64,000 nucleotides of DNA from positions 17,360,001 to 17,424,000 of the forward strand of contig OZ024755.1 in assembly GCA_964016885.1 (NCBI GenBank), in the 5' to 3' direction. The position numbers and the translations under genes are program-made. Below are positions 54,171-64,000 of this stretch, piece after piece; position 1 is the first letter of the stretch; each line of letters starts with the position of its first letter. This DNA comes from Eledone cirrhosa. Lineage: Eukaryota. Under the pieces are notes generated by a model. It ran no database searches. It was not told the DNA's origin and worked only from the letters and a program-made list of their open reading frames with translations.

Positions 54171-54208
54171 ATATATATATATATATATATATAGGTATAT
54201 ATATATAT

Positions 54209-54239
<31 letters not shown>

Positions 54240-54275
54240 GGTATATATATATATATATACCTATATATATATATA

Positions 54276-54928
54276 TTGTTATACTCTTGCACTGGAGAAA
54301 CACCAGGACTCTGGCTTTACTGTAGCACCAGCTCAGAGCAGGAGAGTTAGGGCGAAAAAGGTATCGGATGCTGAATTTGCCGACGACATAGTTTTGGTCA
54401 CAAATACAGTGAAGGAGGCAGAGGATTTGATGCGGGAGGTTGAGACTGTGTCGATGAGTGTGGGACTGAGAATGAATGAGACTAAAACAAAATATCTGGT
54501 AGAGAATGTTGAGAAGCCAGAGGGGATCACTAATGTAGGCGGGAAGCCGCTGGAATTGGTTGAGGACTTCCTGTATTTGGGAGCAAGGATTGGGAATACG
54601 GAAGATGATGTGGTTGAGAGGAAGAGCAAGGCCTGGGCGGCGTGCCACAGCTTGAGATCGGTGTGGAAGTCGGACCTTCGTAGAGACCTGAAAATCCGCC
54701 TCTTCATTGCTGTAGTGGAGTCTGTGCTGCTGTATGGGTCTGAGACTTGGACACTGACCAAGAAACTCACTCAGATGGTAGATGGGTGCTACACGAGAAT
54801 GCTGAGGATGGCTCTGAACATTAATCAGTATACACTGAGGATGAAAAACTCAGAGCTGTATGAGAGCATCCCAAAAGTCAGCTCAAAAGTGACACAGAGG
54901 AGACTGAGGTTGGCTGGACATGCTTACC

Positions 54929-54931
<3 letters not shown>
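54276..54931 (+). mobile_element. RTE-clade LINE family 3, internal RT/thumb fragment
   Basis: Open frame [11 protein letters not shown]...DAEFADD...DFLYLG...LLYGSETWTLT...RRLRLAGH, embedded in a large (TA)n/tatagg array. Confidence 0.85.
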
Positions 54932-54994
<63 letters not shown>

Positions 54995-55107
54995 TATATA
55001 TATATATAAGTATATATATATATATAGGTATATATATATATATATATAGGTATATATATATATAGGTATATATAGGTATATATATAGGTATATATTTATA
55101 TATATAT

Positions 55108-55150
<43 letters not shown>

Positions 55151-55957
55151 TATATATATATAGAGAGAGAGTTTACTGGATGTATGAAGTATCATACAAA
55201 CTTGTGATTTAATAAATGAATAGATTGCATAAGACAAGCGCTATAGTTTATGTTGTATGCCATATATACCTTATACCTTATAGTTTATGGTGTATGCAAT
55301 ATATACCTTATAGTTTATGGTGTATGCTATATATATACCAGGTTTACTGGATGTATGAACAATCATACAAACTTGGAAATTTGCAATTCATTAAATGAAT
55401 GGTTTGCATAAGAGAAGCCCTATAGTTTATGTTGATTATTGACAAATAGAAGTGATTAAAGGTAAAAATGATATTCTAATAATTGATATCTAGGATAGAT
55501 GTTCAGCATATATGTATAACTGACACAGGGTCAAATATTTGAGTAACTTTTGGAGAAATAAATATTTACAGGGAGACAAATGTAGGGTTAGAACCCAAGA
55601 CCTTAAGATTGGAAAGTGGACTTCTCATTGTAGCAACAAACATGGCTGAGATAGGAATGCATTGTATGTGTTTGTATGTGTGTGTAAATTTTAAAGAGTT
55701 ACAGAGATTTATATATGTGTGTGCGTGCGTATATGTATATATATATATAAATATGTAATATATTTATATAAAGCATATAAATATTTATATATATATATAA
55801 ATATGTAATATATATATATAAAGAATATAAATATTTATATATATATAAATATGTATATATACATGGTCTGTCAATATGGATAATTTTAATGTTATTTAAT
55901 GGTTTTGAGATTTATTAATAACTATTTTATTTTAAGTCTGTTTCCTTTTATTGCCAG

Positions 55958-56140
55958 GCCATTGTACAAGATTTCAATAATCTGAAATGCAAAATTGATG
56001 AAATTAACAACTTGTCAGAGAATGTTTCCCAATCAATTGATCCTCAAGGACTGCAAGCAATCAATACTACTCTCTCTGTCTTTAATGATCGCGTCCGTAC
56101 ACTTGAAGTTGGCATCAAAGAGAGAGAGCTACATTTACAG
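55958..56140 (+). CDS. Spectrin-repeat gene exon (61 aa, missing from the ORF track)
   Basis: ttgccAG|GCC acceptor and CAG|GTAAGA donor. Encodes AIVQDFNNLKCKIDEINNLSENV...INTTLSVFNDRVRTLEVGIKERELHLQ (helix B/C). Confidence 0.85.
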
Positions 56141-57728
56141 GTAAGATATGGAAAAAGAAAATGTTTTCTAAACTTTTGTCATTTATAGAATTTTAAATGA
56201 TTAAAATGGCCATATTCCAAGAATGTAATGCCGTCTGAATCAGTTAGATATTTCTGTACTGGTCAAACACTTGGCAGTTTATATCAAAAAGAATATCAAT
56301 TATAGTTTATATTTAGATGGTAAATTGACAGTTGTTAGAGTGTTAGGTAAAATGCCTTGCAGTGTTAGTTTTGGCTATCTTCACTCTGTGTTCAAATCCT
56401 GCAAAGATCACCTTTGCCTTTCGTTCTTTTGGGGTTGATGAAATTTATTATAGTACCAGTCCAGGGTAGTATATATATACTGTATATACTGGAATATACA
56501 TACACCCCACCACATACACACATGCAAACATTCTACCACACATACACACACCCCCACACACACTCTACCATACATACACTCTACCACATACACATACAAA
56601 CACTCTACCATACATACACACAGATACATACACACATACACACACTCACCCTACCACACACACACACACACATACAAACAATCTACCACACACACACATA
56701 CAAACACTCTACCACACATGCACACACACACACACACATACACACGCTCTACTACACACATGCACCCTACCCCCCCACAAACATCCTATCCCCTACCACA
56801 CTCTACCCCACACATGTTCACTCACTCTACCACACACATGCGCCCCCCCCCCCCCCCACACACACACCCAACAAACACACATGCAGCCAAAGGAAACAGT
56901 GATCCAGTGGTTTAAATCAATATAACCATGTTTTTGGAGAGGCTTCATTAAGATATTTAACTTCATCCATTATGGATCGTGTTGAAAGACTGAAATCTAA
57001 TTATCACTTGTGTTGTAATGAGGTTTTGGTCAAGATTTTAATTTAAATATGAACACATTTATATGGGCAACTTCAGTCAGGTTAATGTTGAAAAGGTTAA
57101 TTGAAAATGCAATCAACGGTACAAATGGAAAGAGGTTACAGAGCTAGCAGCATCTAATACAGTTCAGAGTTTCCATATGACAACCAATGAGTCAGCTATG
57201 AACTCAAATCTATCATAAAACAAATCAAGCTTTAAATTGTTAAACGCGTAGGCACATTGGATGTAATTTAATTTATACGTGATCATCAAAGAGCAATGGA
57301 TGGCTAGAGAGCAGGCTTTATTCATGAACTGAATAATTTTAAGTTAACCAATTTTTGTCAAGCGATTGAAAATGTGTGGCATCCCATAAGGAACCTAAAG
57401 GATTATATTTGCTTGAAAAACACCAAATGAATTAACTGGTATCTCTTGGAAATGGAGCTGATGTCTCATTTTGAATCCCAATAAACAGAGATCAATGGCA
57501 AGAGACAAGGCTCTCTTTATAAACTGGATAATTTCAAGTTAACAATTTTCAGGTTGATAAAATAAAGTACCAGTCCAGGGTAAAAGATATAGACTGGCAG
57601 AATTATTAGAGTGTCACCTGAGAGGCTATGTGGTATTTGTTCTGGATATTTGTGTTCTAAGTTCAACCACAATGCTGAAGGATGTTCTTGAAGATGACAC
57701 CAGGCTGGAAGCAGAGGAAATTCAGATG

Positions 57729-58612
57729 GCATCATCGTCATCGTCATCATCATCATCATTTTACGTCCGCTTTTCCCTGCTTGCAAGGGTGGGATGGGTC
57801 TTATTCAGCACAGCATCTCTCCACTTGTCACAGTCCTTCGTCATCTCCACCGTGAGCTTCAGCGATCTGAGGTCTGTTCTCACCACCTCCGCCCATGTTT
57901 TTCATGGTCTACCTCTACCACGTCGTCCTTCAACTGGCATTTCCTGGCACTTCTTCACCCATTGGTCATCCTCCATGTGCATCACATGTCCATACCACCT
58001 CAGTCTCCTCTCTCGCATACTACATTCTATCCCTCTCACACACAGTTTCTCTCTCAACACATTCATGCTGGGTCGTTCATGCACATTGACATTGCACATC
58101 CAATGGAGCATATTTGCCTCATTTCTCTCCAGCCATCGCATATCCTCTGCAGTTGCTGCCCATGTCTCACTACCATGCAGCATCGCGCTCCTCACACAGG
58201 CATCATATAACCGACCTTTCATACGCAGGGAGAAACCCTTCTTTGTCAGCAGAGGAAGCTATCCACTACTTCTATAGCACCCGCCTGCATTTGAAAAATG
58301 TGTCTATCAATGCGACTTCTACTGTCAAATGTCCCTGTACATCTACTACATACATATTTCTCCCTACCTGTTAGTTTGCCTGCTATCCCACTACATCTCT
58401 TGTGTACCCAAGATCTGCATTGTGTACATTTTATAGAATTTATGCCAATTCCTTTTCTGCATATCGAACATGGCCATTTCCCTGACGGAATCAGAGTTTT
58501 GTCCTCTTTTCTACTTATCAACATTTTTGTCTTAGCTAAGTTCACTCTCAGTCCTCTTGCTTCCAACTGCTGTTTCCATAGCCAGAATTTATTCTCTTGC
58601 TCCTCTACTGAT
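57729..58612 (-). mobile_element. RTE-clade LINE family 2 fragment
   Basis: Frameshifted ORFs 58246..58566 (GKWPCSICRKG...WVHKRCSG) and 57902..58222 (LHGSETW...RRLRWYGHV), very short 3' end, (GAT)n tail. Confidence 0.9.
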
Positions 58613-60754
58613 TATGGCAATGGATATATAAAAGAAAATATCTGAATTCATTATATATGTTGTGTGTTGATTGGCAGGTATCAGTAGAGGGTCGGACGCC
58701 ATGCTTTGCATTTGCATTTGCACCCGTTTATGGTCTGAGTTCAAATCCCGTCGATGTTAACTTTGCCTTTCATCCTTACGAGGTCGATAAAATAAAGTAC
58801 CAGTAATACACTGGGTATTTGCTGGCCTTGTGCCAAAAGTAGAAACAATTATTAGAAATGATACACTGTATCTTTGCATGTCATAAGAGATGAATAAAAT
58901 GGTTGGTGTCAGGAAGGACCTCTGACTGTAAAACATTTTCTCAAACCATTCTGTCCAACCCATGCCAGCATAGAAAAGTCGATGTGAAAACGATGAGGAG
59001 GATATTGATGATAATGACACCTTATCCACATCCAATTCCATCTTCCTTTTGTTTCATATCTACATTAATAGTCTATGTGCAGTTCATTTTTATCTCACTG
59101 AATCAATAAATAGGAATGAAAACAATTATACAAAGCCATACAGTCGTATTTCCTGTGATAATCACGCTGTCAAAAGCTTCTTACAATAGCCCCCACTGTT
59201 TGTGGCTTTTAATCACACTCTATCTTTGTCTTGTCACAATTAATAGCACAAGTAGATTTATTTTTCAAATCTCTGTTTGATTTACCCAAAGCCAAATAAA
59301 TAGACCTTTAGAAGGGTTCCAATCCTTAGTTCCCTTGTTGATATCTTCAAGAGATTAGACAAAGCTCCTTGCTTGTCAGTATATCATCTCTTCATTATTC
59401 AAAGAAATAAAAACAAATTTATTTATCTTTCTCAGAGAATTAAAGATTAGAACCAATTTTCCCTTTTCTTTTCTATTTTATCTCATTTGTCATTGGACCT
59501 CAGAGAAAACTACAAAACAATCAAGAGCAGCCATTCCTGCCAAGACTTGCTGCTGTCTATCTTTGTTTATTAATTTAATTATATTTCTTTAATCCCTTGG
59601 CTTGCATGTTTTTCTTCTTCGATACACAATTATTTTCTTTTTTTTATGTGTATGCTTTATAAAGTATTTTTAAGTATGTTATAAAATCAATTATTTCTCT
59701 GTGATGAAACTGCTGTGGCTTTATAGCTTTAATTCTAAGGGAGGCTTTAAGATGAATTTCCCATTTGCATTTGTAACTGTACAATAGCAAGAAGGTGATA
59801 TTGGCTATACTTAAAGTTAAATCATTCCATTATTTTACATATAAACGTAGCTTGTAAAATAAGTAGGTAAGTAACCAAATTTCATTCTTGTTCAAGATGA
59901 TCTTGCTGTTGTTTGTGATATGTAATATTAAATTTCAAATTCATATAAATAATGTTGACACTTTCATTATAATAGTAGGCCATTGCAATAACATATGCTT
60001 TGTATTGTATTCATTAACATGCTGTAAGTTCTACGATAATCTCACTGTCAAGAATGATGTATTGCCATGAATTACAATGAATTACAATGAATTGATAAAT
60101 GTTAAATTTCAGATTTCAATATTACAAACGGGTGGTGGTAGATTACTTTACTTGTACTTGTGGTGGAATTGACCTGGCGAGGACGGGGTCAGCTGGCTCC
60201 ATTGAAGGAATTCCCAATGGTGGACTGGCAGAATTGGTAGATCATTCAATAAAATGCTATTACTGTATTTGTTCAGACATTTAACATTCGAAATGTTGCC
60301 AATAGTCACTACAAAACGTCTAACTCTGTATCTATCTCACAGATACCTGGCTAGGTGTTCTAACCATGGAGCTAAGGGGCCCCAGACAACATCTTACCAT
60401 CTAAGTAAGGAAATGAATCAAACACTTTTGAAAATATCTGGGTGATACAGAGTTCAGTTCTTCATAGTGACTGCTGACAACATTTTCCCATCTCTAGGGT
60501 TTCTTTTATAGCAACTGACTACAATTGAAGTGATTTTCTGCATAAATATATATATATATATTGTTATACTTGGGGAGGGTCATATTGTTGTAATAATATT
60601 GCCAGAAATAATAACAGAACACACTCACTGTTTGGTTGGTTGTTGCTTCTGTATCTTTTATATCAGTTAATTCATTTGGTCCTCAATGTTTACCATTGAC
60701 TGACCAACGGTCAAAAATACAGATATAATATAGATATAAGCACATATATATATA

Positions 60755-60800
60755 GTCTAACAAAGTTCTTTCGTTGCACAACTGCAACATCATCAGTGGT
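60755..60800 (-). ncRNA. Decayed hammerhead-like motif of the Penelope fragment
   Basis: CUGAUGA-U-GUUGCA(GUUG)UGCAAC-GAAA is intact, but the stem III, cleavage triplet and stem I are not. Confidence 0.4.
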
Positions 60801-61405
60801 ACTATTATGTTCCTCTTGTCGTATTGTATGTCTGCGCCATCTTTATTTTATCTGTTTATTTATTTATTTATTTATTTTTGTCTTCTTCTCTGCGCATGCA
60901 TTTGCGTGTGTGTATAGTGTTTGGTGTGCGTTTGGGTGATTGTGTTTTGGTTATTGTATTCTATCTTAATTTACTAGTGTGTACTTATATGTGTTTGTTG
61001 TTATTGTGCTTGTGTATATATATATTCATTTATTTATTTATATTTCTCTTAAGTCAGTATTGTTTGTTTGGGTGTTGTTGTTATTCCATTCATTTTTTTT
61101 CTGTTTAGCTTTGGTTTCTAAGTTCTATTTCGCTTGCTTCTCTGATTTGCCTATCTGGTGGGTCATTTCTATGTTTAGATATTATTTTAATTTCTATGTT
61201 GTCTATGTTACCGTCATGTTGTTATCTGGCATGTTCGTATAGTACTGAGCCGTTTTTTCGTCCTTTTAGCCCCCCCCCCCCCACCCCCAGTGCTGGTCTA
61301 TCCTTTCACCTATGCTACGAGCTGTCTCACCTATGTATGTTGTTGTCATCTTTCTGCAAGTACCCTCTGTACATCTTATGCTATAGACTACGTTTCACAA
61401 AAAAC
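60755..61405 (-). mobile_element. Penelope-like element 3' portion: GIY-YIG endonuclease relic plus downstream pLTR/UTR
   Basis: Minus strand 61394 to ~61075 reads NVVYSIRCTEGTC..TYIGETARSIGERIDQH..SVLYEHAR*QH..RQIREASEI..KLNRKNEW with a stop and frameshifts. About 280 nt downstream is a CUGAUGA-stem-GAAA motif. Confidence 0.85.
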
Positions 61406-62054
61406 ACAATAATATATATATATATATACATACATATATATATATCAGTATTACATGTGTGTGTGTATATATATATATATATATTGATGGCCCAGCTCTA
61501 TGAGCTGATTATGATGCAAGACAAGGCGATCTCATCAGGTATTATTTACAGAATTATATAACCGGATTACATTGAAGCCAAACATAAAATGAAAGATAGG
61601 AGATAGAGGAAAACATAAAAGATAGAAAATAGAAAAATTTGATCCAGGGACAGCCTGTTCATTCAGTAGAAGTCAGTCCATGAATCTGCTATCAATATAA
61701 CAACATATTTGCAGGCTGTCACCAGATTTAATATTCTATTTTCAATTTATACATAACGTGGAAGTTGACTTAGCTCTAATCTACCACCAGCTTCATGATG
61801 AAAACATGTCTGAATTATCATCATCATCATCATCATCATCATCATATGTTTATTTTCTCTGCATGCGCACCCACTCATATATCTGTGTGTATGTGTATGT
61901 ATGTGTGTGTATATGTATGTATGTATGTGGGTGTATTATTGTTTTTAAGACATGTCATTAAGGTGTGACTCTCTGGCTGAATAAGTTGCTGTATGACAAA
62001 CTCAGAGATCACGAGTTACATCATTTGTATTAATCTTGTTGATGTATCAACAAG

Positions 62055-62399
62055 AACATCATCATTATCGTAAATCATCATCATCATCATCATCATCATG
62101 TCAGGAATGGATTCATCATCATCATCATCATCATCATCATGTCAGGAATGGATTCATCATCACCATCATCATCATGTCAGGAATGGATTCATCATCACCA
62201 TCATCATCATGTCAGGAATGGATTCATCATCATCATCATCACCAAACAGCATCGTCATCATCACAATTATCATAATCATGATAATCATAACCATTATCAT
62301 CATTGTCATCATCATCATCATTGCTATCACCATCATCATCATTGCTATCACCATTATCATCATCATCATCATGATCATCATCATCATCATTGCTATCAC

Positions 62400-62447
<48 letters not shown>

Positions 62448-62546
62448 GATCATCATCATCATCATGACCATCATTGTCATCATGATCATCATCATGATGA
62501 TCATCATCATCATCATTGCTATCATCATCATCATCATCACCATCAG

Positions 62547-62585
<39 letters not shown>

Positions 62586-62655
62586 GACCATCATTGTCAT
62601 CATGATCATGATCATCATCATCATCATCATCATCATTGCCATCATGATCATCATT
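62055..62655. repeat. Degenerate (CAT)n array with four gtcaggaatggattcatc units
   Basis: Direct reading. Gives the poly-His, poly-Ile and poly-Met pseudo-ORFs. Confidence 0.9.
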
Positions 62656-63437
62656 GTGTCAAAGGGCAGTGGATTGGCAGTATCGGTAGAGGGTCAGACG
62701 CCATGCTTTCCAGCATAGTTACGGCCCTTTGCGTTCTGAGTTCAAATCCCGCCGAGGTTGACTTTGCCTTTCATCCTTACGGGGTCTATAAAATAAAGTA
62801 CCAGTAATGCACTGGGTAATTGCTGGCCTTGTGCCTAAAGTAGAAACAATTATTATTATGTCCCTCGGAAGTCTCCCCCATATTGGGCAATTTTTCATTA
62901 TTTTTTTTTGTAACATCCTCTGCTTTTGTTTTTTACACGCAGAAATGCCTATTTGTACCGTCCTTAATGTCTACTTTATGTAAACCCTTGTGGTTAATAA
63001 AGAAAGCATTATTATTGTTGTTGTTGTTAGTAGTAGTATTGTTGTTGTTGTATGAGTTACATAGCAACTTGAAAAATGGAAGTGAACAGCAACCATTTGC
63101 TACTACAACCATTTACTACTAGTATGACTACTACTACTAATAGATTCTCCATGGAAATATGTTCAAGGGATTTGTATGTGTGTGTCTATATTTGAGTATG
63201 TATGAATGTGTGTATGTGTATATCATCATCATCATCATCATCATCAGGTTTAGCGTCCGTGTTCCACGCTTGCATGGGTTTGGACGATATATATATATAT
63301 TTATATATATACATACATACATATATGTGTCTATATATATATATATACATACATATATGTGTCTATATATATGTGTGTATGTGTCTCTCTCTCTCTCTAT
63401 ATATATATATATGTCTATATATATGTGTATGTCTCTC

Positions 63438-63472
<35 letters not shown>

Positions 63473-64000
63473 ATAAAATCAGTGTTATTTCCTGATACTT
63501 AAGAGTTGTGAATCAATCACAGACCACCTTCATGTATGAGGAAATTGGTCTTTTTTTACTACCAGACAGTTTTAACTGACTCAGCACACTTCTATCACAG
63601 GTGTGTGTTAAACATTTTATATTTTTCCCTGTAAACATAAACAAACAAATCTTGTATAAGATATATAAGTAAATTTATGAAAGATAGGAGAATTCGCAAT
63701 TTTCTTGTCATCCCAGGCTGTTGTGCTCAGATTTGAAGTGCTGGCAATGTCTAAGGTGGGTGGGGATTCTTGGTTCTGCCATATCACTTTGTCATCCTAA
63801 GACTACATCACAGAAAGACATCTTATATTTAACCCTGTTGATGCAACGTTTTTAATGAAATACACTGCCCATGTTTTTCTTTTAATTTTGTGAGTATTCA
63901 ACAGATTTTTTCCAGAGAAGGATAGAGAGTGAAAGGAGAATCGGAGTGAGAAAGAAATATAGAGGAAGAATCGTCACCAGTATTTAACTGGTGTATTTTT

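Noticed and set aside
59140-59400. Minus-strand KAFDSV motif suggesting another LINE relic
   Set aside because: Only one short motif is recognisable, which is too little to call without a search.
60099-60284. Possible further exon after tttcAG at ~60112
   Set aside because: The phase-0 frame hits a stop within 20 codons, there is no spectrin-like pattern, and it merges into a decayed SINE head.
62036-62807. Poly-His 'metal-binding' and poly-Ile/Met ORFs
   Set aside because: A (CAT)n array open in multiple frames, running into a SINE, with no splice support.

Overview
AT-rich, microsatellite-dense eukaryotic DNA. The SINE/LINE repertoire and the (TA)n/(CAT)n load point to an octopod cephalopod (inference). 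The window lies inside one large + strand gene encoding spectrin repeats (nesprin/MSP-300- or spectraplakin-like). I could reconstruct nine GT-AG exons (about 878 codons, all internal junctions phase 0), including a ~250-aa Ser/Thr/Pro-rich insert. The introns hold two main tRNA-headed SINE families, at least three RTE-clade LINE families (one copy with an uninterrupted RT plus PHD-like frame), hAT, mariner and piggyBac-like MITEs, a Dong/R4-like tail and an old but complete Ty3/Gypsy provirus with both LTRs. They also hold a Penelope-like GIY-YIG fragment, several minisatellites and four long fold-back inverted repeats. The best candidate for something unusual is the set of fold-backs carrying minimal hammerhead-ribozyme-like motifs of the Penelope type, one with nearly complete topology. 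Most ORFs in the supplied track are microsatellite artefacts. All coordinates and mismatch counts were read by eye and may be off by a few bases.
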